Made by a program: the position numbers and the translations under genes. Below are positions 43,486 to 55,942 of a stretch of 64,000 bases of DNA, piece by piece; the first letter of the stretch is position 1; every line of letters begins with the position of its first letter. A model generated the notes under the pieces. That model saw nothing but the letters and a program-made list of their open reading frames with translations. It was not told where the DNA came from and did not search any database. Origin of the DNA: Amoebidium appalachense (Eukaryota > Protista > Ichthyosporea); assembly GCA_963693365.1 (NCBI GenBank), contig CAVNZM010000007.1:6135962-6199961 (forward strand), in the 5' to 3' direction.

Positions 43486-44395
43486 CCCCAATTTGAAAAT
43501 GCGGGCCCCCACCGGTGGGGGCCCACATTTTCGGGATCGCATCTCTCGGGAGCTCATATAGCAATTATTACAATATTCCTGCTGAAAAAGTCTTTCATGT
43601 GTGTCGGATTAACGGCCATATAGGTTTCTTTACACAGTTTATTCATGTTTTGGTAACCTTTTCTATGAGCGAAAAACTGGTGTTTTTGGTGGCCCTCACG
43701 GTGGTGCGCCGGGGGCCCTCATACTGTCATAGGGACATAGGCAATGCGATTGGCTCATTTTGCACCATCAACCAGTCGAGGGCGACTCGAGGCCAATCTC
43801 GCGCGGCGTGAAAATCAAAATTAGCGGCGGCGGAGCGGCGCCGGCGCCGGCCGCGGATGCAGAGCATGCCTTTACGTACATGCACACGTTTGCACGTACG
43901 AACGCGAGCGCATGTGAATACATACAAAAAACGCACTATGTACACACAAGTCCGGCACTAGGGTACGTGACTTTTTGCTGTTTTGAGTGGCCGTTTTCCT
44001 TATGTCTAACCTTTTTTTTAGTTATTTAGAGAAGTGTGCAAAGGTGCACAAATGGATTCCTTGTGATGCGCCTCGTAGAACATGAGATGTTCTGCGTGTA
44101 ACCCAAACGATGCCCCATAGTTGATTAGCAAAGCCATATGTAAAAATCAACAGCTTTTTGTCTATTATAACAAAGCAACAAATAATTGCCCTGTGCCGAT
44201 GAAACCTGAGCCGTGACTGTATTTTTATGTGTAGAAACTTTGGCACTACAGCCAGGTTTGGCCCCCCTTTTCTCCCACAAGCAGAAAAAAAAACCCTTTA
44301 TACAAACCCCCTTTTTTAAGGGTTGAGGACTAATAGCCGCAAAAATCGATCAAATTTTGAGGGCCCCCACCGGTGGGGGCCCTCTTAAAGTGGGG
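43486..44395. mobile_element. Non-autonomous TIR element (910 bp), CCCC...GGGG ends, flanked by ATAT
   Basis: Imperfect TIRs of about 50 bp, each containing the 22-bp palindrome GGGCCCCCACCGGTGGGGGCCC (43503-43524 and 44361-44382). ATAT at 43482-43485 and 44396-44399. Confidence 0.8.
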
Positions 44396-45669
44396 ATATG
44401 TTCATATCGACAGAGGTATCGACAGCTACGTAGCCTACATACAGTGCTGACGATCCCGAGACAGGATTTGTGCACGAGCTAATAATAGCTCAGCCACTTG
44501 GGTTTAGGGAGAGCAGATGTCGATTGCCCGGCAAATTGATTGGTTTCGTCCTCGGGTCTGTCCCAAAGAGTCTCAGCTTGCCTCTCTACGTCGCCCTATG
44601 AATTTTCTTTTTTTTATAATGACTTGCCTCGGGCAGTGTCCACGCAATAAAAAGTGTGTAAACCCCAACTTTATTATTGATGTGCTCATAGAAGGTGAAA
44701 AGGCGAGATAGCAGATATCCCGGGATAAAGAAAAAACCGCTCATGAAAAGAAGATATCGGCCAAAAAAAAATACATGGTGCTTTAGATAACATCGTAACG
44801 CATAGTACAATATGTACAGCACAACTGATAGGAGTCACCTCGGGAAGGATAGGTTCAGAAATAAAGTTGCAAAGAAAGGAGACAGCTGCAAGAACAAAAA
44901 AAAAAAAAAAAAAAAAAAAAGAAGAAGAAGAAGCTCAGATGTAGAAAGAAGCTCAGGTGTAAACTAACTGGGAGATCACAAGAGAGAGGCTAGATTGCCC
45001 CATCTGGTCACGAGGAATGGCAACAATCTGTAAGGAGCCTACGACCAAGCTTCTCCAATGGCAGAGCACCCCATAAACCCTGACAATAGAGTAGTAAAAC
45101 GCAGTAGGCCGTCGAATGTGGCTGGGCCTCCGGCAATGTCCACGCAATAAAAAAGTGTGTAAACCCAAAAGAGTAGTCAGTCGTTCGATAGGCACTGAAG
45201 GGAAATACAGAACTCGCTTGAACACCAGATTAGTCCCAGACAAGCCCGCCCGGAGTTCACGTAAACCTGCCTAGGAAATCTAACAGTCAAGCAAGGTAGC
45301 CTAGCTGTAGCAAGGCACGCAAAAGAGAAGACACAAGCAGTGTGCGTTTCAACGAGAAAAGGTTCTGCAATGCTCAGCAACAGCCGCAGTAAAAGCTCGT
45401 GATTTCACCGTTTAAGACCTGAAAACCAAGGGACAGAATATCTTTGAGGGTCCCCTGTCTGTAGCTACGGGCGTGCCTGCTGGCGGCCCACATGTACCGT
45501 GCCGGGCTACAGTAGATTCCCCGTACTACAACCCCCAACACCCTTGTGCACGGCAAAGTTCGCTTCGCACTTTTGGTGGGCGCTGCCAACATGGCCGATC
45601 GAAAATCGGCCGCTCACCAGTCTTCCGTTTGCAAAACTGCGCGAAACGTGCGTATTATGCTCTTTATTT

Positions 45670-46348
45670 TATGCAACAGGAAGTCGGACATGATAATTTT
45701 GCTTCAGACCTGCAAAACATTTATGTGTGCGTTTGTGTACACTTGTAGATGTGTTCCCGGTTTCACAATGACCAGTTGAGTGTGCACAGGAACCGCTACT
45801 TTTGCCGCAAAATTCCGGGCGAAATGTCCTATCCCCAATCTATCTCCCATTCCGAGATATCCTTTTAAATACTTATCTCCTTTCAATTTTTCTCTTCTAC
45901 TATTTATCAGCAGTATGTTACTTGGTTTCATACTCAATATCCTTTGCTTCATCGTTGTGATAAAGAGTATCATGGTAGGGCTCTTGAGCCTGTGCTTCTT
46001 TTTATATTAGAGACTCGTCTATTTTCTTTACAATCGTTGTGTAAATTAGCTACTTATATTTATTCTTCCTCTGGTAAACCTACCACACTTACCGATTTTG
46101 CAATCCTAACCCCTCCTTGTGATATAGCTTGGAAATGTTTGTTTTGGCGCTGTAACCTTTGTTTCCATAAATGTCTGTGCCACTTTTGTGCAGAACCTTT
46201 TTCTCGTAAACACTTAGATAGATGTACTTATTTATCTCAGATTATTCCGTTAGAAATTAGAAGACTGGCATATTTAGATAATCCTGATATTACGTCTATT
46301 GACTATCCGTTGAACCACCGTATGTTTAACGAGTTTTCGGATCAATAA
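45670..46348 (+). pseudogene. Probable decayed 3' end of a non-LTR retrotransposon ORF (CCHC zinc-knuckle region)
   Basis: Stop-interrupted frame ending ..KCLFWRCNLCFHKCLCHFCAEPFSRKHLDRC..ITSIDYPLNH. A Cx2Cx6Hx3C motif preceded by WR resembles LINE ORF2 C-termini. No RT motifs are visible. Confidence 0.4.
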
Positions 46349-47630
46349 ACCCGAGTCAAAAGAAAAGAGTTTTCTAGGGTGTATGATTATTTCAGTCGTT
46401 ATCTCCTCCATATCCGAGAGTGAGGGCTTTTGTATTTTCTTCTTCAAGATATCTGTGATATCTCGATGGCTTCTATTTTGCTGAGCATATCAATAAAGTC
46501 ATTATAAAAAAATTTTCCGGGGCTTCAAGTAGCGCGAGTTCCCAGGTCAGCTCTTGGGGGCCCATATTTGAGTGATGCATTTAGATCTCCTAAACTTGCT
46601 GTACTTGGGAATTTTTTGCAGCTTCAAAATCAACTTTGCCAGCCAAATTCTTCAGGCTTTGCAATTGTGGGGTGTATTGTTTTGGACATATCTATAAATA
46701 TTGCGCCGTCAAGGGCTATGTCTCTAACGGAATTTTTTTTTATATTGCAGGAAAATGCATGCATGCATTTGGATATGTATAAATGCTCTTAATCATATTA
46801 GTACTTGTACATCCAAATATATTAATTGAATAGTGGTTGGCGGGTTACAGAGCTGTAAACCGGTCGTTATGAAAGTAAGTTACAGTACAGGTAATGCATC
46901 AGTTTAAATCGTGGATAAAAGGTACCAAGAAACACTTACTTCTCACAGTCTGAAAATACTCTGAATCCGATGATGATGATCCATTATCATCCATAGTAGG
47001 ATTCCATACTTCTAAAATTTCGGCGAAAAACTTTACGCCCCACAAGCTGGAGTTCTGGGAGATTCTATTTGTCAAAATGTCGCCAATCAAAAGGCACGCC
47101 TGCACATTCTGTTCTAAAGGCGAAAGATTTCTGTGTGAGCTGTTGAGCTTTGGGGTTTTCGTTTTTCGCGGCTCGGGTGCACACTTCCGCCCGCAAGAGT
47201 GGTGGGGTGGGCTGACTTTTCCTGTTTACAACCCATGTTCTTGAACTTAGCTAAGTAATTCTAGTTAAAGTGCAAACCATCATTCGTAATACTATACTTA
47301 GGGCCTTGTAAATTTTCAGTTGTTTTCGCCTTGCGCGAGTGTGTGCGTGCCTGAAAGACTATTCCACACTATCGAGTGACTACTATCGACTTGTTTTGCT
47401 GGGAAAATACCAGCCAAGAAAGTGAGTTTCGATAGCATAATACTTGGCTCGGTTGTGATAGCATTTGCATAGACGGTCAAACTTCCTTCCCTCACCCTGC
47501 GTGAACACAAGAACCTGCCCACTTCATCCCTCGGGTGAGAACGTTCTCTACATGCTACGTTTTCTTTAGATTTAAATTCGTTCTTGCTTCAAAGCCTTTT
47601 TCTTCGCTGTTAAAGTCACGATACCCGACC

Positions 47631-48670
47631 ATGCGTGCAATCACATTGTTATTGGCATCCGTGCTCCAACAAGCATGTGCCAGCGCCTTACATCCGGTCA
47701 GGCACACGCGAGACTCCTCCACCCGAAAACAACTCACAGAGGATGTGTCCCCGATCATTGACTCAGCATTGGAAACACAAGACCTTTTCTCAATAGATGA
47801 TGAAGAAAAAATACAGCAACAACAGGGGATAGACTATAGGATTGTTGGTGGGGAGGAACTTGAGCAGGTGCCTAGGTGGATGGCTTCGATCAGGAGACCC
47901 TTAAGGGGGGATAAGAATAACATGGAGCACTTTTGTGGAGGGACGATAATTTCAGACGTGTGGGTGCTGACTGCTGCCCATTGCATTAGTCGAGCAATGG
48001 TTCTGGATTATCAGGTGGGTTGAGCGCTATTTATTATGATTGCTTGCTTGATGATAACCTCGGTGTGTGGTTGAATGTCTAGGTTGATGACGACTATACT
48101 TACGTGAGAAGACATATCAGTGGTCGTCGTACCCTATCCTTGTGTTGTTGTTTTTTTTGGCAGGAGGATGAAGTGTTGTGCGTTAGTTACGCTTGATGGC
48201 AAGTAATAAGTACGAAAACACAATAAGGGCTACGTTGTTAGAGCTATTGTACTGAAGGGAAGCAGGGCCACGTCACAATGTTATTCCTTTAGATCAGGAA
48301 AACTGCTTTCTTCTTGCTCCGGCTTTGGTAATGCGTCACGGTTCAGTTTTTGCAGCTCACTATACGACTGCATGTCAAAACGTATAGCTCTTGTTTATCA
48401 CTGTACTGAATGTGCATTCAACAGAGGCTATGTTCTGTAATCTGTGTGTGCCGTTACTGTATGATTAGTGATAGCGTTTTGTGTGTACACTGTCCGTATG
48501 TGGTGGTTCCTCTCTATGTGTGTTTGTGTGTGCGAAAAATGTGTGTTTGTGTATATGGTTGTGTGCACGAGCACGCGCGTGCACGCTTATATATGTGCAC
48601 GGGTGTTAATGTTAGTGCGCGCGCTTTGCTTGTTCACGCATGAGCGTCGAGATGTCGGTTTGCACATACA

Positions 48671-48704
<34 letters not shown>

Positions 48705-49483
48705 GGATGCTCCCCCCCCCCCCCCCCCCCCCTCCCCCCCACCCCCCCTTTTTTTTTTATGTGTAGATGAACGTCTAACCCATATAAAAACGATTTCTCC
48801 TGTTGCAATACCCTTGCAATATGTGTGCACATGCATTTGTTGGTCGTTTGTGTGCGCTCGCGCACATGTGTGTGTGTGTGTGTTCGTGTGTTTGTGTCAT
48901 ATGCACGTGTGTGTGCAGTATTCATTACACAATCGTTGGATATTTTTTGCCAACGTGTGTATCATGGTGCATGACACCACTGTGTATCGCACACTTATGT
49001 ATCAATGCACTCATGCTGATGTTCTCAAAAACAAAACAAGAAATTCAAATGCACAGGTGGTTCTTGTTCACCCCTCCTCCCCTTCGTCCGTGTCAATACA
49101 GAATGTTTCTTCAATGTGTAGCTTTGTGATTTGTGCTGTTAGTACGTTCCAACCCCCCCCCCCCCCCCCCCCCCTATCTATATTTTTCTTGCTTCTGCTT
49201 ACTGCTGCAACTTTAACCCCCGGCCTTTCCCACTGCCCTTGCCTGCATAAGCAACCCTGCTCGTCTCTGATCAAGACGGGTGACCTACTCATGTTCAAGT
49301 GAAACAGTATCTGAGTTGGGTTTCGTTAACGAGGGGAATAGGTCGAAACTCGGGTACTGTGGATGACGTGGGCCCCCCCTGAGGATGGGCTCTGCTTATT
49401 ATGCATACTCTTTATGTATGGCTTGCATTCTGCATCGTGTTATCCGTTTGTTCTTGTGTACTTCGTACTTTTTGACGCATTCA

Positions 49484-49514
<31 letters not shown>

Positions 49515-50054
49515 ACTCACTTCTACCGTTTTACTCAGTCGGCCGAAACACTAAGGAAGGCAGGCAAGGTTTAATGAATAATATGCATGAAGAACAGCTT
49601 TAACATCACACCTCGCTTTATCCTCGTAATTCCCACCTCCTCCTCCCTGCACCCCCACCCAAAAAATATCAAGATAAATATAAAACCACCACAAAAGGAG
49701 AAAAAAATAAAATAAATAAAGTGTCGGATAACAACAAAAGCAACAAACACAACAATGTATCACAAAAAAGGAAGACTCCACCACCATCCACTCACCCCGC
49801 CCTGGAACTCAAAATCTACAATGTAGTTTTGGGGGTTCTATGTTCTAAGATTTACGCAAATTCAACGTCTGCCCTCATGCTTTACAACGTCCACAGCCCG
49901 ACCCCCCTGTCCCTTCCTTTGCCTTTGCGTATTTTTTGCCATTCTCTCGTCACTGCATGTTTTTTGTTCCCGTCCCTATCCTACTTCTCTTGTCTCCCTA
50001 CTTCTTTTGATTATTTTTTCCTCCTATTCATTCACCTCCTAATCTCGTTCGGTC

Positions 50055-50104
<50 letters not shown>

Positions 50105-51490
50105 GCATTTTCACCAGGTGTGGTTGGACGGAGTGAACCAGTTGAACAGCATGGAGTTTGAGAAGTATTCTGTGGTGGACTACATTGTGCATCCAAACTG
50201 GGACCAGGCCACGGCACAAAACGACATTGCCCTGCTTAAGGTTGGGACAACAACAATCCCCCCCCCCCCCCCCCCCCCCCCTTTACTTCCATGCAACCGG
50301 GCATGGTTGCTCTGTGTCGTGTATCTGTAAGCACATACATATTTTTCGCTGCACTGCTTTAGTTTGCACATACATCTTCACCGTTTTGCTCACCTTGCTT
50401 GCATAAGCAACCCTGCTCGTCTTTGATCAAGACGGGTTGACCCTCCCAAGTTCAGTTGATGCTGCTGTCTGAGTTGGAGAGTCGTATATACGCGGGCTAA
50501 GGGGTCGAAACTCAGACGCAATTGATGACTTGGGCCCTCCCTGAGGATGGGCTCTGCTTATGACGCATACTGAGCGCATGGATGATGTTGCATACTTGAA
50601 TGTTTGCCTTTGCATGTGTCCTGCACCATGCTTCTCATCGTGTATGCGTACTTCGTGCCGTGTTCCGCATTCAAACCCCCCCCCCCCCCCCCCCCCCCCA
50701 CACACACACCCAGAGGATGGGCCCTGCTAATTATTACACATACTCTGTGTGCTTTTCAACATCTGCAATGCCGTTGCCCATTGTGAGTGTGGACTTCGTA
50801 GTATGTAGGGGTTTAAACCCCGCCCCCCCCCCCATCCTTCCCTTCCCCCCACAATAAAACTAAGAATAACTGGAATGACAACGACAACGGTGAGCCATGA
50901 ATGTATCGGACTCGTTTAACTAATATGCAACTATGGTACGTACAGCAATGAACGGATGGAATTTGTTTTTGAAACAACACCAACGTCCTATTAATGAGTC
51001 AACCTTTTTTATTCCTGTCCCCACATCCAAATTTTTCCCTAATGCATACATACATGTTTGTCGTTTCTACTCCTCCCTTTTGCCCCGTCAATCCATTTCC
51101 AAATACCCTAATTAGGTATCGATTCCTAACTTCCTATTGGTCCACCATCCAGCTCGACCGCAGTTCATTGGACGGTCGCAACAGCACGTGCGGTGCCCGT
51201 CAACCAGTGGTTCTACGCCAGACGTTCGACATTGCCGAGGGGACTATGATGGAGATTATTGGCTGGGGGGTAACGGATGAGGTGAATAAGGTCATGCCGG
51301 AAGTGATTCGGACTGCAAAAGTACCGGCCGTAACGGATCAGGATTGCAGTGCGCGGTACATGAACGGCATCACGGAAAATCAGTTTTGCGCCGGATACAG
51401 CACCGGAAAGTACGTCATAATACCCCAAACCCACTATACCTTTCTGTGAATTTTTTTTTGTATTTTTTGATACATATGTTCTCCGCATAG

Positions 51491-51549
<59 letters not shown>

Positions 51550-52273
51550 ACCACACCCACACCTACACCGACACACACGCACCCATCCACACATCTTCGG
51601 TTTAGAGTCCAAAGGAAAACTAAATAGTCCCCACCGACAATGGAAACATTTCGTGACTATTTTTCCGTGACAGGCTAGCGGGGATGTCCAAAATCAAGGG
51701 GGGTGTTCTATATCCAGGGGAGGGTTTTGGGGGGGAGGGGGGGCGCTACACCGAGCGTCGACTGTACCTTACCTATCGTTATCTGTCTTCACCTAAATGC
51801 ATTGTGCACTGCTTTCTGCCTACCACGCCTTCTCCCAACTCCCGTCTCCCCTCCTTTTCCAACACTTCAACACATGCATCCCCTTTCCCTTCCCCCCTCC
51901 CCCCTGCACACATGCAAATATAAATACCCCTCCTGACCGTATTCCTCTTTATGTTTGCATTCCCCCCTGAATGCCATCACCCCAACCCCCACCTCAACCA
52001 CTTCTCTCTCTCCCTCCCACTTGCAGAATCGATGCTTGCTCAGGGGACAGCGGAGGCCCAATCTTCAACCGTCAGAACGATTTCGACGTACAGTACGGTA
52101 TCATCAGCTGGGGTATTGGGTGTGCGCGTGTGGGGCGGTATGGTGTTTATACACGCGTGGCTGCGTACATTTCATGGATACAGGAGCAGGGCGTGACTCT
52201 CTCTGATGGCTCGCCACAGCCTGGTGCGGTGTCAGCGTCGGCGGCAAAGGGATTGTCGGTACGTGTGTGGGTA

Positions 52274-52311
<38 letters not shown>

Positions 52312-52716
52312 GTGTGTGCATGTGCGTGTGCCTGTGTGCCTGTGTGCCTGTGTGTCATTCATGTTCAAGTGAAGCAGTATCTGAGTTGGGTTTGGTTGAA
52401 GAGATGAAGGAATCTCAACTCGGGCACCGTGGATGACATGGGGCCCACCTGTGGCTGTGCCATGATTCATACTCTATTAATTATATGTACTATGCACTCT
52501 GCATTCTGTTGTCAGCCGGACATGTGTACATCGTGCTCTGTAACTCATCTTTACCTCCTTCCCCCCTGTTCAAGTGTCTTCTGCCTGCTTAAGTTGTTTG
52601 ATTTTGGGTTTTTCATTTTTGTTACGTTTTTGTTGTTTCTTTTTGTTGTCTCCTCCATATTTCCAGCCCTCTAACGCATACATCATTCCCTCCTCCCCCC
52701 CCCTCCCCCCCCCCCC

Positions 52717-52747
<31 letters not shown>

Positions 52748-52993
52748 ACACACACACCCGTTTTGTTTGTTGAAGCCTGTGAACCCTCCTGATGGTAGAC
52801 TGTTCGAGTGAATTATGCATGTGCACCTGGCTTGGTTTGTTTCGTTTAATTCTTATGGTTTTTGTGTCTTTGCTTCCATGTGTTTCACCCTCCAAAGCCC
52901 CCCTCCCCCCCCCCCCCCCCCCCCCCCGCCCCCGGCCCCGGCCCTCGTGCTTTTTCCCCATCACACCTCTCACCACCGCCTGACACGTTCATT

Positions 52994-53025
<32 letters not shown>

Positions 53026-53803
53026 CCCCCCCTCCCTGCCTCGCCCTCTCCTTCCCCCCTTCAGGATTTCTTCGTCAGTGTCCCCTCGGTCGCCGATTCA
53101 AAAATCGAGCCAGTTGCCTATTTTGGCTTTCAGTGCGGTTTTAGCTGCCCGGACAGAAAAACTGTCGCTAGTTTCCAGGGTGTATCTGCCCCCCTAGCGT
53201 GCATCTTGAGAAGTTCGAGGAATATTCCTACCTCGGTAGTGGCAAATATGACGGTGAGGGTGAGTGATACGAACGAGACTTTCAACGTCAATGTTGATAT
53301 GTTGACTGATCAGAGGGTGACCTGTCGGCCTGCAAAGGAGTTTTGCGATGAGGTATGTTGCTTATGTGGGATATTTGCAACATACACCCCTCTCACACTC
53401 CCCCCCCCCCCCCCCCCCCCCTCTCTCCCTCGCTAAGCGCGTGTACACGTACATCTACACATACGCACGCATATACACAAGCACACACGTGCACACAGAT
53501 ACATACACATATGCGCGCGTGTACTCGCACACATCTCGAACCCCTTTCCTCCCTCTATCTTTACACGTGGTCTGCTCCAAGGTCTTACAGTAACAGAACA
53601 TATCTATAACACACACACTTTGGAACATTTGCATCCACCCACGTGCACACATGCAGATATGCATAAGCGCCCACACCCAACCACTGTTTTGCTGTAGAGA
53701 CAACGAGCTCGTTTTTCACTCCTTAGCCACCATACTATGTCTTGATTAGTGATAAGATCAGGTGGGTGCTTGTTTGCTGTTTTTCTCCTTGTTGGGACCC
53801 CAA

Positions 53804-53843
<40 letters not shown>

Positions 53844-54090
53844 TGGGTGGATTGGTCGGTGTGTTTGTGTGTGTGTGTGTGTGTGTGCATATGTGGTGGT
53901 GGTGAGACGGGGGGGGGGGGGGGGGGGGGGGAGGGGGGGGGGGTGTGGGGGGAGGGAGGGAGGGAAGGAGGGAGGCTGCTTGTAAGAGGGTCCTCATCCA
54001 TTGCCAATAATGCTTTTGCACATGTAGACTTTCTTTTCATGGAAACATCCAAGTCGGAAAACACCTCCCCACCTCCCCCCTCTCTCTCGC

Positions 54091-54151
<61 letters not shown>

Positions 54152-54483
54152 CATCTGCTGATATCCGACCAATCACAGATGGAGTTTGTTGCCAAGGACG
54201 GGGGCACTTGCCGTGGTCCCCTGAGCACTGACGGGCCAGCTCGAACCATCTGCCGTGTTCGATTGGCTTCCATTATTCCCGCCCTGGAGGGCAGAACAAT
54301 AGCTGCGTTCACCGTTATGGCATCAGTGCTTGCAGATAACACGAGGGTGAGTTTTCCTACCCTCTGTTTATTATGCATTATCTTTAGCGCGTGGTCTGAC
54401 TCCGCACTCTGCATTGTGTTGTACGTAATGATTGTGTACCTCGTACTCTGTGGCACATTTTGAAACCCGCCCCCCCCCCCCCC

Positions 54484-54534
<51 letters not shown>

Positions 54535-54703
54535 TCCCCCTCCCCGTGTTTATTTTTTGTTTAAAAAAAAAAATTAAAAACAGCCTCTTGTGAGCCTTTG
54601 TGGTTTGTCTTTTGGTGTCTCCACTTCCATTGTTCCAGCCTTCTAGTACATACATATCCCTCCCCCCTCCCCCTCCCCCCCCCCCCCCCACGGACACACA
54701 CAC

Positions 54704-54741
<38 letters not shown>

Positions 54742-55313
54742 CCACCACCACCACTCACTGCTATCAGCACCCTCCACCCACCTCCCACATCCCCCCCCCC
54801 CCCCCCCCCCCCCCTCTTTTTCTCTCTCTCAACCCTTCAACTGGGAAAAAGAAAAGGTAAGAAACAACAGAGAATTGGAGAAGTATTGATTTACGTGTCA
54901 TAATTCCACTTCCGCATGGTGTCCTTCACCCCCCTGCCCCTGCCCCCCCCCCCCCCTCCCCCCCCCCCCCCCCCCCCCCTCCCTCCACCCTTCTTGCACC
55001 TCTCCCCCCCAACCTACCTTCCGCCCCTCGCTCACCAACCCGCCCCCCAGACTCTGCAAGATATGTCCTATGACGTCAGAGGGTCAACCGCACCCACATG
55101 GGGTCTATGGAAAGCAAACCGCCCAATCATCCGCACCGTCGTGTCTGGCACCGTCGGCCTATCAAATCGCCCGACCAATAGCCAAATTAGGTATAATAGT
55201 TCCAGCATTAAGGTCACCGAGGTAGACCAGTCGGCCGGGTTGTTGAAGGGAACATTTGAGGATGTGGAGGCTGGCACCGGCACCAATGTAAATGGTAGGT
55301 GCAGGTGTATGGT

Positions 55314-55347
<34 letters not shown>

Positions 55348-55363
55348 GTGGAGGTGTGTCTCT

Positions 55364-55420
<57 letters not shown>

Positions 55421-55518
55421 CGTGTGTGGTTGGGGGGTGGGAGGTGGGGGTGAGGGGGGGGGGGGGGGGAGAATGGGACAGTGATAGTTTATGGTAACCC
55501 TTTACCCGTGTGTGTGTA

Positions 55519-55549
<31 letters not shown>

Positions 55550-55876
55550 TTGTGTGGTGTTTTGTGTGGGTTCTTGGCTTGTGCGCGTGTGTGTATATGT
55601 GTGTGTGTCGTTTTTGTGCCTGTGTATTGTCAGTACACTTGCCATATTGGTGCGAGTATCCAGGTGAGTCTCCGCATTTTGAGAATCAAGAAGATACTTT
55701 GTGTCCCGTGCATCTCTTGTCGTTTTGTGTGCTGTGAATCTAATCTGTTGACTTTTGGGCTCGTCCGTCCGGAATCTTCCGCAATATCGGAAAGTCTTCG
55801 TAAAATCTTCTCTCTCTCTCTCTCTCCCTCCCTCCCTCCCTCCCTCCCTCCATCTCTCTCTCTCTCTCTCTCTCTC

Positions 55877-55942
<66 letters not shown>

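Noticed and set aside
46790-46994. Possible minus-strand gene starting MDDNGSSSSDSEYFQTVR with a GTAAGT donor
   Set aside because: All downstream frames are riddled with stops and I recognise no homology, so it cannot be supported as a gene.
49298-49366. SECIS element interpretation of the GA/GA core
   Set aside because: No apical AAR motif at the expected distance, copies are intronic rather than in 3' UTRs, and no in-frame UGA selenoprotein is evident.
49260-49370. Hammerhead ribozyme, U1 snRNA or SAM-I riboswitch identity for the structured repeat
   Set aside because: CGAAAC is present but there is no CUGANGA core in the right place. There is no U1 5' end or Sm site. SAM-I ligand-binding nucleotides and helix order do not match, so only the k-turn/pseudoknot architecture is analogous.
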